Part shown: positions 13,216 to 24,969 of the stretch, piece by piece | Layout of the letters: every line of letters starts with the position of its first letter | How positions within the stretch are numbered: the stretch's first letter is position 1 | Assembly: GCF_037042905.1 (NCBI RefSeq) | Contig: NC_087245.1 | Span: forward strand, 868,001 to 932,000 | DNA length: 64,000 bases | DNA from: Lytechinus pictus | Taxonomy: Eukaryota | Direction of reading: 5' to 3' | The notes under the pieces: generated by a model | Database searches by the model: none | What the model saw: only the letters and a program-made list of their open reading frames with translations | What the model was told of the DNA's origin: nothing | Position numbers and translations under genes: made by a program

Positions 13216-13323
13216 GAACCTTTTTGCGTGGACTTGAAACAACTGCTACATATGACCCAAGAACTCAAGAGTTTGAGATACATTCACCCACTCTGACTTC
13301 AATGAAATGGTGGCCTGGAAATT
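13216..13323 (+). CDS. ACOX1: ACOX1 exon 4 (108 nt)
   Basis: (G)[38 protein letters not shown] and GTAAGT boundaries; acyl-CoA oxidase KWWPG motif. Confidence 0.95.
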
Positions 13324-14249
13324 GTAAGTAATTCTTTCTCTACCTTTTTATCCCCTCTTCTCTCCTTATATCATTCATATCATCATATTTTGGGGTTGTT
13401 CTCTCTCTTGGTCTCTTTATTTTCCTGCATACCAAAATTGGAAAGTTAAAAAAAGAAATAAAAAATTGGCAGTCTAAAGTTAAGAACTATTTGGGTTAGC
13501 CACATCCACTGAATAATCAATGAAAGATCAGAAGATATATTACTAATTTTTGTATTTTTCAAAATGGTTACTTCATTCTTTAACTTTATTTTTCAAAGAA
13601 TGTAAATAATTTCTTTGTAAAATAAAGAAAAAAGACCATGTATAGTAGAATTGAATATCAAAATTATAGGGGGAAAAAATGAGAGAAAAAGGAGGAAAAT
13701 AAATGAAGAATAAAGGACATTATTTAATGTTTTTTTTTAATAACTGATTACGATCACGATCAATTACAATTACATGCATATTGTAGAGCATTTTCTCTGC
13801 ATTTTTGGCTGTAAAAAAACAAGTTTTCATCACAAAACATCCAGTATTTTTTTAAGAAAAAAATAATTTATCAATAGTAATTTTGCTGATAATATAAAAC
13901 TACCATTATATACAAGATTTTCAACCAAAACTTTGCAAAATATACTCTCTGTTTTTAGTAACCAACAAATAGATTTCAAAATATTCTATATTTTTCTTGG
14001 TTGTTCCTGAATTTTCCACAATAAAGAAATTTAATCAGCTTTTTTATGACAATTTAATATCTCTTTGAATAAACCGCACCCGAAAAAATGTGAGGTTTAT
14101 TTACCAGAAAAACAGGGTTTTTTTTTCCAACCTTCTAAGGCCCAGCTGATTGGTGACTCTGGTCGACAACCAATGATTAAGGTGCCTTAGTTACAGAGTA
14201 ACACTTGCTCACATTCGGTGGGTTATTTTATTGTTCAAAACAAAAATCT

Positions 14250-14470
14250 AAAATAGAAATCCTCTGAAAATTAATTTTCCCCAATCGATCGTGGGCCTGG
14301 CAGCCACTGAGCAACACCTGATTAAGGTTGCTTTATCCCTTGAATTGTTGAATGTCAAACAGGGTAGCAGCAACTCCCATCTCTTAACGTCTTTTGGTCT
14401 GTCGCAGCTTGGGCTTGAACTCCCAACCTTCTGGTTGTGATGCTGATGCTCTACCAACTGAGCCAACACA
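14250..14470 (-). mobile_element. tRNA-derived SINE (different family)
   Basis: Minus strand reads GTTGGCTCAGTTGGTAGAGC...GAGTTCAAGCCC (A and B boxes) without a clean cloverleaf. 3' boundary approximate. Confidence 0.6.
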
Positions 14471-14816
14471 CCCACGCTCTCTGCTCTACTACTCTTCATA
14501 TGACATTTCTCCTCCTCTTCTCTCTTTCCTCTCTTCTTTCTTCCTCTCCTCATCTTTACATGTACATGTACATGTATATCTTTCTGCATAATCCTATCTT
14601 GAACATTGTTCACTATATATCCTCTTTTTTTGTTCTAATAATTATTCTCTATCAATCTATCTCTACATTAGAGAAGATAAATAAATCAGGATTTATAACA
14701 AAAAATATTTTTTAAACAAGATGTACACCCATGTACCAACATCCATATAAAAGGGGAAATTTATGGTATAATGAGAAACATTATAAATCAAAGATATTCA
14801 GTGTCAATAGTGCTTG

Positions 14817-15030
14817 GTATGCATGTACTGGTATTTTTGCACTATTGTGCACAAGTACATCCATGTCTGTGCACACATCACTAGCAAGGTGTTTGTATGT
14901 TTATCAAACACCTGCATATAAGAATACCTGGAGAAAAGATAGATAGGGCTAGTTCTTGTGCTTTGTATAATGGTCTGTATCAGTGACCAAATATATGTAG
15001 GTAGATAGTTGTAAGAACATACATGTAAAT
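14817..15030 (+). repeat. About 210-bp direct repeat, left copy (right copy about 16326-16630), flanking the retrotransposon fragment
   Basis: 14817-14950 matches 16326-16459 with few substitutions; similarity resumes at TATCAGTGACCAAATA (about 14978 and 16566). Confidence 0.85.
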
Positions 15031-15069
15031 ATACATGAGGGATGAGGATATACATGGGGATATACCCGG

Positions 15070-16310
15070 TACCTCAGGTTTCTGAGAAAGGGATGTAGAG
15101 TTTGGGACATTGGTATGAAGATAAGTTGAATGACATGCATCGAGGGATGCAGATCTATGACAAAGTGGTAGAGTGGTTAAGGAAGGTGGATAGGACATTG
15201 ATCCCTGGGAATGCGAAGGTGTGGTGCTGCCATTGTGGGTTGCTGTCACAGATCATGTGGCAACTGCAGGTGTTGGAGGTGGCAGTTTCCAGAGTTGAGA
15301 GGATGCAGCAGAAGATGAACTTGTTCTACTGGAAGTGGTTAGGTGTTCCAAGAATGTTGATGGATTTGGCATTCTTTTGTAGATCTGGAAAGCTAAGGCT
15401 TCCTATGGCATCAGTGGTAGAAGAGTACAAGGCAGGAAAGGTTAGGTTGGTCATGATGATGAGAGAGTGTGAGGATCAGACAGTAGCAGATTCTAGGCCA
15501 CTGATCCGTACAGGGAGAAAATGGAAGGCAGAAGAGGCTGCGGATGAAGCTGTGACGATGGCTAAGTGGAAGGAGATGCGTGGTGCTGTCCAAGTGGGTA
15601 GGAGCGGGGTAGGGTATCATCCTTGCATGAGATGGTACATGTATGAATGTAGGTTGGCAAAAGCTGCACAGCAGGGTGTGCAGGGCGCATGGACTCATTG
15701 GGAAGAGGTGGAGCAGAGGAATGTCTCCTGGGAATAACTCAGGATGATGTCGTCTGGAGCCGTGCACATTAAGATCAGTTCCAACTTTGATGTCCTGCCA
15801 ACGCCAGTGAATTTGAAGAGGTGGGGTTGTGTGGAGCACGACAGCTGCAAGGTTTGCAGGAAGGCAAGCGGGTCGTTAGAGCATGTCCTGTCAGCTTGTG
15901 GAGGGTTATTGCAAGCTGTACATGGAGCCATAACCAGATTTTATTTTAAGGGAGATCGCAGCTTTGGCAAGGGCTGTGGTAGAGGCTATAAAGAAGAATG
16001 GGCCCCCGAGGGTAAGGGGTATCGAGTTGGTCAAGAAGGGGATAATGTGTAGTAAGACTAGGCAGAGACAATGTGTGGGTGGGTTGTTAGCTGCTGCGGA
16101 CGAGTGGGAGATGCGTGTGGATGAGGGGAAGGCATCTTAGTGCTTTCTAGACAATTCACATCTCTTAGTGTCAACGGGGTGCTGTCCAGGTGATTCCAGC
16201 GTAGCACTGGTCAGCCAGGGGGAGGTGTACAGCACTCAAATGACTGAAATATCAGTGAGCTCTGGTGTGCTGCTGATGACCCGTTGACATCTTGTGGAAT
16301 TTAAGATCTT
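15070..16310 (+). mobile_element. 5'-truncated, decayed non-LTR retrotransposon with restriction-like endonuclease (HERO-like clade)
   Basis: Interrupted ORF with VSEKG.*SLGHWY, KWLGVPR, KLRLP, RTGRKWKAEEA, GRSGVG, DVLPTPVNLKRWG, CCHC knuckle CKVC-8x-HVLSAC and GLL...WEMRVD. Clade assigned from recalled motifs, not from a search. Confidence 0.8.
16168..16290 (+). ncRNA. Candidate rearranged (non-circularly permuted) hammerhead ribozyme in the retrotransposon 3' UTR
   Basis: GUA 16227-16229, GAAA 16246-16249 and CUGAUGA 16273-16279, each flanked by complementary strands for stems I, II and III, plus three further helices (see findings). Confidence 0.65.
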
Positions 16311-16462
16311 TCTGTATATTCTACTGTATGCATGTACTGGTATTTTTGCACTATTGTGCACAAGTACGTCCATGTCTGTGCACACATCACTAGCGAGGTG
16401 TTTGTATGTTTATCAAACACCTGCATATAAGAGTACCTGGAGAAAAGATAAATAGGGCTTCA

Positions 16463-16547
16463 AAACTAGACCACTTTCATATCATGCAAGGCAGAAGATC
16501 AAGCGGCTTGATCTTCTGCCTTGCATGATATGAAAGTGGTCTAGTTT
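16463..16547. repeat. Perfect 85-bp palindrome (42-bp arms, 1-nt spacer)
   Basis: 16463-16504 is the exact reverse complement of 16506-16547. Confidence 0.95.
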
Positions 16548-17068
16548 ATAAGAGAATAGAAACTCTATCAGTGACCAAATAGGTACATGTAGATAGTTGT
16601 AAGTTGTAAAAACATAAGAACATGTACATGTTGGTGTTTTTGTTTTTTATGATTTTTTTTCTTCAAATTTTTTGTTTATGGCCTGTTTTCTTTTTACAAA
16701 CTAAAACATAATTGCTTTAAATGTATGTGATGCCCAAACTCCAAATATTTATTTATGAAAATATTCCCTTTGCAGAAAACATACCAAGCATATCCCTATT
16801 TAAGGGAGTGTCTGCAATTTTGGTGTAGTGATTTCTTTACTCCAAGATAGAGAGCTAGGATTTGTTTGTACCACATGCATCTAATTTGATATATGATGCA
16901 AAAGAAAGTCATTGTCCCAAAATTTGAGATAACCCTGTACAAGGCTTTGTTTCCCAGTTACTATATATGTATAATACTCGTCAATTTAATCAATGTTTGA
17001 GATGAGGCTGCTTGATTGCTATAATCTAATTAATGTATTTTTTTAATCCTATCTTTTAATTTGAACAG

Positions 17069-17188
17069 TGGGTAAGACTGTCACCCATGCTATTGTAGCT
17101 GCTCAGCTGTACACTAAAGGACATTGTATGGGAGTTCATATGTTCATGGTTCCTCTACGCAGTCTAGAGACACATCTACCTCACCCCG
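17069..17188 (+). CDS. ACOX1: ACOX1 exon 5 (120 nt)
   Basis: (L)[42 protein letters not shown] and GTAAGC boundaries. Confidence 0.95.
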
Positions 17189-18104
17189 GTAAGCCTTACA
17201 CCATCATATTAGAGCCTGCTACCTATACCAACCTACATGTATGTATGGCAAGGCATTTTATTACATGATCATATTTCTTGATATCAAAAACATAATTTTT
17301 GATACCAATAATTATTTTTTTTATATCAAGAATTAATACTCAGACCATGTTGTTTAATTATTTAACTTTTCTATGGTACCTACTGATGAGCTGGAGATGC
17401 AGCTTTCTTGTCTACCGCATACAGGCTGTGTAATAACCTCCCCTCTCTCCTATAAGTCACCACCAACCTAGGATCAAACAAAGCTTGAAGACCTACATTT
17501 TATAATTTCCTAGTCACATACATGTACATGTATGTACTAGACCTGGATCAATACTGTCACTGCCTGGTTACATTCTTATGCTGACCAGGGATGACATCTC
17601 AAAGTCTGTTGTACCTCATGGAAAAGGCACTGTTCAAATATCTATTATTATCAACATGTGACAATTCTTGATATAATAAAAGGATGAAATGAAAAAAAAA
17701 AAACTTGCTACATGTATATGTATATACATCGGCATACGATGGCTAAAACTTTCCATCTGTTGATGAGTTTTGTTAGAAGCGTTTGATCCAACATGAATGT
17801 ATCTAATTGGGGATGTGATCATAATCTAATCAAGAATGAGTGTTAGGTTAAGGGTAAGAATGTTGTTTTAGGGCTGACAGTGATGTATCTCTTATACTAT
17901 GGAGTAGTGTCCTTGGATGGGTAGTAAAAATATGAGTCTTTTTTCTTATTGATTGATTATACTGAATAAAAGTAATATCAGCCTGATGATTAATCTCTTA
18001 GCTTTGTTATGAGACCATCATGTTAACTACATTTTATTAAATAATTATAAAATCAATTGAAATTGACTTATTAGCAATATTTTGTTTATTGATGTCACTT
18101 TCAG

Positions 18105-18220
18105 GTGTTGAATTGGGTGACATCGGACCAAAGTTTGGCTATAACAACATTGATAATGGCTTTCTGCGATTTAACCACTATCGCATTCCAAGAGAAAACA
18201 TGTGCATGAGACATTCTCAG
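18105..18220 (+). CDS. ACOX1: ACOX1 exon 6 (116 nt)
   Basis: (G)[44 protein letters not shown] and DNG motifs; CAG and GTATTT boundaries. Confidence 0.95.
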
Positions 18221-18780
18221 GTATTTGACTTTCACTTCAGTAACATATAAATATGTACAGATAAAAATTGGGAATACTAAGTTAAAATAATATAAAATAT
18301 GAAATCAAAGTGTCTCTTCAGTCATTTGAATGTGGTTGTCTGTTGCCCAAGCAATGCTTCATGATACAAACCAACTCACACTAGTTCTGACTGGTGTGGG
18401 CACTTAAAAATGATTAAATTCAAATTAATTTTCTCTTTCATTGTTCAGGGCTCAGCTGCTGCATAAAAGTTCCTATTATCCTTTGCTAAGGTACTGGTAA
18501 CTTTATTGGAATCTTGTTTTTAGATTGGCTCTAAGGCATGGCCGCCATAGTGTTATAATTGGATGGCAAATTAACCATGATAGTAACTTTAATACAATGG
18601 GGACAAAGGGCAGTTTTCCATTCTTACAAGAACATTGTAAATCCAATGGCTAATGATACTCAATTTATAGGGTCAGTATAGTATACTATTGGATTACTCT
18701 AAGCTTCAAGTAGGTTTCTACAGTTTCTGTGTTTTTTCTTTTTTTGCTGCCTTAAATAACGCAATCTCTCTTAAACACAG

Positions 18781-18950
18781 GTCATGCCAGATGGTACATA
18801 CGTTCCGCCTCCTCACAAGAAGGTTAGCTATGGTAGCATGTTGCCGATTCGCAGCGGCATTGTGGGAAACACAGGTTGGGCCCTGGCAAAGGGCTGTATT
18901 ATAGCAACAAGATACAGCGTTGTAAGGAGACAGTCTGAACTAATTCCTGG
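18781..18950 (+). CDS. ACOX1: ACOX1 exon 7 (170 nt)
   Basis: VMPDGTYVPPPHKKVSYGSMLPIRSGIVGNTGWALAKGCIIATRYSVVRRQSELIP; CAG and GTAAGG boundaries. Confidence 0.95.
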
Positions 18951-20147
18951 GTAAGGAGCAGTTTAGTGTGATCAAGAGAGTGTCTGTTCACACTCAGTAT
19001 TTTGATCTCATTCAAGAAGCAAATTAAAAGAGATACGCACATGTAGTTGTAATTGTGATTTCGGCAGAGTCATGTCTCGATCTTTTCTTTCCAGATTATA
19101 CTGGACTGTTACTGACTACAACATAGTATTCCAATAGATGGATGTTGGAAAATAAAGTCCAGGTTAATTTAGGCCATGGTCTAAACTCTCTGCTTAAATT
19201 GTGGGAAGCCAAAAATGTCTAAATTTTGTTTACATTGTATGTTCCTTATGTTTTAAAATGTTTTGTACCCAAGCTTTATAGGTGAAAAAAAAACCTTAGT
19301 TGTTGTACTCATACAGTTGTGAATGATATGAGATGGTAAATTAAATTTGAATTGTTAATGATTTTAGTCAAAACCAACTATTCATTGATTAATTACAACT
19401 TCATACCAGAGTTCATTAAAACTCAAGTTCAGGTTACAGGCCATTATGAACAGAAATTCAAAAGAATGGATTTACATTTTCTTTAAAAAAAAATCTGTAA
19501 TATATTTAAGTAATGAAGTGATTTTTTTTTCTTGTTGATAATCAATGATATTAGCATATCATACCTTACTTTCCTGTCTGATGTTTATGATGACTCCTTA
19601 AAAAAATATTTGTCAACGTAGAGGGAGTTTTGTATGTGCTTGTCATATCAGGATAGACTTGGTGGAGATTGCTTGGGTCTCCTGTAGCAATAGGCATGAC
19701 CTAACTTCATCATTGATGACACCTTTGAACCAAAACAAGAAAATGAAGAAATACAACAGGCAAATGCCAATTCCATAGTGTCATTTCATTGATAAAAGGT
19801 TTGACTACCAGTGTCATTATTATGATAAGTGCTTTAAAGAGAATACCTAACACTGATACCCTAAGATAGAATTTATTAGCTTGAATCATGCTGATGTCAT
19901 TCATTTAATTTGAACACAAGAAATGGGGAGAGGGGGGGGGGGACATTACCAGAATCTTATGGGATGGATTCCTATGTCCAGAACACTGGTCATTTTATGA
20001 ACTTTTGAATAGGGTCTTCTTTGCTTTGACTTGTTATGGAATATTTAATCATAAATCCTAAATGCAAGAAAGAAGCAAAGATCCTGGACATTATCTATTA
20101 ACAATGTGTAATGATTCATGTGTGTTGTGGTCATTATCCCTATGTAG

Positions 20148-20310
20148 AACCAAAGAAGCAAAGATCCTTGATTACCAGAGCCAGCAATTGAAGATCATTC
20201 CCAACATTGCTACATCCTTTGCCTTCATCTTGACTGGAAAGCAGATGATGAAGACATATTTTGATAGCCTTGCTGAGATGAATGAGGGAAACTTTAGCTC
20301 CCTGCCTGAG
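20148..20310 (+). CDS. ACOX1: ACOX1 exon 8 (163 nt)
   Basis: TKEAKILDYQSQQLKIIPNIATSFAFILTGKQMMKTYFDSLAEMNEGNFSSLPE; TAG and GTGGGT boundaries. Confidence 0.95.
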
Positions 20311-20704
20311 GTGGGTATCAGTCAGCAAGGATATATTCATTTTTTTATGACACACCCTGTCATTTCATGAATAATATTCAATTGCATTTAAATTCTCTTT
20401 AATTCTGACACCTCCATGCCATCAGACTCTGGTGTCTGAAGTCTTCTGTGACAGAAATAAAAATGAATAATGATTGGTAATTACATAGATACTTAGTATA
20501 CATGTCCTGCCGATGCATAACTTTGTTAGTCCCATGAAATTTAGCATGGTAAATTTTTTTTTGAAATTTTTTTTTTTGGGGGGGTCATTTGAAGGGATTA
20601 AACCCTGCCAGATACTTATTTATCTTACAAAGGTCAAGAATTGCAAATGGATATGAACGATTATCAATTGAACATAGAAGTGCTGCTGCACAAGTTTATT
20701 CCAG

Positions 20705-22618
20705 GGGCGGTATTCTGAAAACAGTGTTAGCACAAAAACGGTGTTAGCTATTAACACGATTGGTATTCTTAAAATCGTGGTAGCATGAAAAACACGTGGC
20801 CCAGCTAGGGCCCAAGTGGTTAACACCGCGCAGGTCATGAAATATGCAGTGCGCAACCCCCATACGCAGTGTTAGGGAGGAATATAACACAAAATTTGGT
20901 ATTCTGAAAATGGTGTTAGCAAAATTTTTTTCAAAGATAACACAAACATTTAACACTGCCCTAAGGAGAGGTTAAGTTGGGGAAGACGATGGCTGCACTT
21001 TTTCTAGCAGACAGAAATGTCAACAACATAGACTGGCATATAGCTATCGTGTGGCAGAACTACCAGTAATTTTCTTTATTCCAACTTTATTTTCTCTCTA
21101 CCTTTCTTTCCACTAACAATGATTAAACGTCAATTTCTTTGTCTGGAAAACTGTGAGAGTACCCTTCAAATTCATATATGCTCATATGTTTACTTTTTGC
21201 CATATTAAAAATTAAAGACAAAAAGGAGGGAAATAAAATTGAAAACGTTTAAAAAAAGCAGTACAGCAATTCAAAATCTCTCCCACCAATTTGATAATAT
21301 CTCTATGTTTAGTTAAATGTTTCTTAAAGTGCATGCTTTTTAAATTTTGCATTGCACATCTATTTTTCAAGTTTTCAAAATTATTTGGGGGCAAATAGAT
21401 ATGTTTTCTCCCATGTTTTCATGGGGTATAATCTCCCCCTGCCACCATCGATCGAGGTCTCTTTATTCTGTTATAATTTCGTACTATCTGAAATATTCCA
21501 TTCTTAATTGCCACAATCACCCCTCCCCTACTAGCTCTAACTTTTATTTAGCTGTTATGCGCTTACAAAATGATGTCACAATGCAGCAGGCTTTGTGTCA
21601 CCGCGCGTATGATGATTTTTGTCTCGCCCACCAGAGGTGAAGGCGAGACTTGGGGATCCAAATGTCGTCTGTCGTCCGTCCATCACAAACCTTATGACAC
21701 ATAACTCAACAACTGTAAGTCACTTTTCAACCAAACTTGGATGGTAGATGGACTTGGGGGACCTGCATGTTATGCTGCAGTCGGAGGTCACATGGTAAGG
21801 TCAAAGGTCATTTTCAGGTCAACGTTAAAGTTCACATGCAAGACTCTTAAAACACCTAACTCCACAACCGTAAGTCACTTTTCAATCAAACTTGGATGGT
21901 AGATGGACTTTGGGGACCTGCATGTAATGCTGCAGTTGGAGGTCACATGGTAAGGTCAAAGGTCATTTTCAGGTCAACGTTAAAGTTTACACGCAAAACT
22001 CTCTTATGACACCTAACTCTGCAACCATAAGTCACTTTTCAAACAAACTTGGACGGTCGATGGACTTGGGGAATCTGCATGATATGCTGCAGTCGTAGGT
22101 CACATGGTAAGGTCAAAGGTCATTTTCAGGTCAACGTTAAAGTTTACATGCAAGACTTATGACACCTAACTCCGCAACTGTAAGTCACTTTTGAACCAAA
22201 CTTGGATGGTAGATGTACTTAGGCGACCTGCATGTTATGCTGCAGTCAGAGGTTAAAGGTCATTTTCGGGTCAACATTAAAGTTTACTTGCAAGACTTTT
22301 ATGACAAGTTTTATTCCATCCCAGTCATTTCACAATGAAGTTTCGATACAGTTCTGTTGCGTGCCCTTGCAAATCACGATATTTCTGGTTATTTTCATAA
22401 GTGGGCGAGACACAAAATTGCTTTTGCCTTGTTCCCCTGAAAATTGTGCGCGATCTTTTCTTTAACAGCGCATTTGATTGGATTAAATAGATGCAGAGTG
22501 GGAGGAGCTGAAGATAACATGAAATGAGATAACACGGTTTTCAGAATACCGATTTGGGGGTATGTTAGGGGCGTGTTAAATCAGAGAGATAACACGCTAT
22601 TTTACACCAATACCGCCC
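20705..22618. mobile_element. PIF/Harbinger-like non-autonomous element carrying a nested insertion
   Basis: TIRs GGGCGGTATT / AATACCGCCC; 3-bp TSD CAG on both sides. Confidence 0.65.
21618..22432. mobile_element. Helentron/DINE-1/pearl-like element with about four internal tandem units of about 155 bp
   Basis: Subterminal inverted repeat TGTCTCGCCCAC / GTGGGCGAGACA, short GTCC microsatellite and tandem units containing AGGTCACATGGTAAGGTCAAAGGTCA. Confidence 0.7.
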
Positions 22619-22763
22619 CAGTCCCTAGGTCTTCTTAGCTGTAAGATATATCAACTTCACCCCAACACCTTGACATAAGCAGTTTCTATCAGAAACATTT
22701 CTATTGTCAATTTTTAATCAACTTACCCATACTGGCCTGTGGCTTTACATGGTACCCTTACAG

Positions 22764-22954
22764 CTCCATGCTACCTCAGCGGGACTGAAAGCATTCACAT
22801 CAGCTGTTGTTGCCAGCAGTCTAGAGGAGCTTAGGATGTCTTGTGGAGGTCATGGATACTCTAAGGCTAGTGGTTTCCCAGAACTGTATACCACTGCAGT
22901 CCCAGCTACTACCTATGAAGGAGAAAACACTGTCATGTTTCTACAAACAGCCAG
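22764..22954 (+). CDS. ACOX1: ACOX1 exon 9 (191 nt), contains the catalytic glutamate motif
   Basis: [70 protein letters not shown] and TYEGEN motifs; CAG and GTGATT boundaries. Confidence 0.96.
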
Positions 22955-23230
22955 GTGATTTTACTAATACCTTATATATCGATTCTGAATCATGTATTGC
23001 ATTATATTACTGTTCAACTGGAATGCCATTGAAAGACACCGCAGAATTCTTGCCCAAAGATGTAACCAATATTTTGTTACATGCCTCTATTTGATGATGT
23101 GTCATGTATTCATATTAAACAATTATACCTGTAAAATATTGTTACCGTAATCATCATTTGTGAAAAAACACCTATGTACCTCATAAAGATTTTGTCACCC
23201 CCGGAGGCCGTTTCATAAAGCGTAAGTTAA

Positions 23231-23829
23231 AGGACAAGTCCACCCCAACAAAAAGTTGATTTGAATAAAAAGAGAAAAATCCAACAAGCATTATACTGAA
23301 AAATTTCATCAAAATCGGATGTAAAATAAGAAAGTTATGACATTTTAAAGTTTCGCTTAATTTCGCAAAACAGTTACATGCACATCCTGGCTGTTATGCA
23401 AATGAGGAGACCATGACGTCATCCACTCACTATTTCTTTTGTGTTTTATTATATGAAATATGAAATATTCTAATTTTCTCCTATTGTCTAGTGATACAAC
23501 AATTAATTCCTCCCTGAACATGTGGAATTAGCATTGTTTAATACTATATGATTTTCAAGTTGGTCCTTAATGTCAAATCTATAAAAATGAAATATTGTAT
23601 AATTCAAATAATAAAAATCAAAAGAAATAGTGAGTGAGAGACATCATCGACTGTCTCATTTGCTTGTCACTGAGTTGTGCATATCACTGTTTTGTGAAAA
23701 ATAAGCGAAACTTTAAAATGTCATAACTTTCTTATTTTACATCCGATTTTGATGAAATTTTCAGCACTATGCTACTTTGATTTTTCTCTATTTATTCAAG
23801 TCAGCATTTTCCTGGGGTGGACTTGACCT
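23231..23829. mobile_element. TTAA-targeting MITE (Kolobok/T2-like)
   Basis: TTAA|AGGACAAGTCCACCCCA ... TGGGGTGGACTTGACCT|TTAA. Confidence 0.85.
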
Positions 23830-23833
23830 TTAA

Positions 23834-24592
23834 CCCTAAATAGACTGGGCTATTTTGATGCCTAAGAAGACTGGGGGGGGGGGCTGATTCAGCCCCCCCT
23901 ATGATCTCGGCCGTCGACCGCGCGATCGCGACGAAAATTGGCACGTGTATTACCCATGGCATAATCTCCAAGACTGTAGGATCAAATTTTCGGAAAAATC
24001 TCATAATTCATTAATTATGCTAATTTATGCGTAAAATCAAAGATTTGCTCTAATTAACTAAATAAGGCCTCTAAACTGCTAATTTTTTATTCACAGACTC
24101 TTTTGAAGGATTCTGATCAAATGTACTTTAAAAAGAATCAATATCACAATTCTTTTCTTATGTATTTTATTGTTTTTAAAATTTCTTATGTATTTCTTTG
24201 TTTTCCGACTTTTTGTTTTTTATTGTTTATTCAATGGAAATCGTTCTCTACTTTATTCTGACCATAAACAAGATGAAATTAATTGAGTTTGATTAGTAAA
24301 ATTGAAAATAATGATACATTTATGAATTTTGGCTAAAAACACAATTTGCATTGGATTTGTACACAAATTCACGTTTTTGAGCAATTTTGGGTCGACATGC
24401 ACTTACAAAATGTTGCGTAATTTCGGAACCACGTACCCGGGCGTCGCAAATTTGGTCTCAAAAGTTGCGCAAGACTTGAAAGAAGAAAGTCATGGAACGG
24501 CACGGCGCCAGCTTTTCGCGTTACAGATTTATCGCGAAAAATGTCGAGGGGGGGGGCTGATTCAGCCCCCCCCCCCCCCAGTCTTTTTAGGG
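23834..24592. mobile_element. piggyBac-like MITE
   Basis: TTAA|CCCTAAATAGACTGGG ... CCCAGTCTTTTTAGGG|TTAA; CCC/GGG termini. Confidence 0.85.
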
Positions 24593-24807
24593 TTAAGAGT
24601 GACTTTAAGAACGGCTGGTGATCCTTTCTTACGCGCTAAACCATCACCTATGGTGTATACCATTTACCAAAAGAAAGGATCACCAGTCGTTCTTCTCTTA
24701 CGAACAGCTTTATGAAACACCCACCTGGTTCTTTTCATGTGTCTCCCTGAGAGATATACAACCTGAGAGTAGGTTTAGTGATCATCATTGTTGTTTGATT
24801 CATGTAG

Positions 24808-24969
24808 GTACCTGATGAAGGTAGCCAGACAGGTAGGATCAGGAAATAAACTGGTTGGTTGTGCTGCATACCTTCAATCAAACTTATCACCTCGATGCTT
24901 GGCTAAGAGACAGACTGATTTCCTCAGACAGGATATCTTGGTAGATGCCTACAAACATAGGGCTAAGAG
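24808..24969 (+). CDS. ACOX1: ACOX1 exon 10 (162 nt)
   Basis: YLMKVARQVGSGNKLVGCAAYLQSNLSPRCLAKRQTDFLRQDILVDAYKHRAK; TAG and GTATGA boundaries; phase 2/2. Confidence 0.92.
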
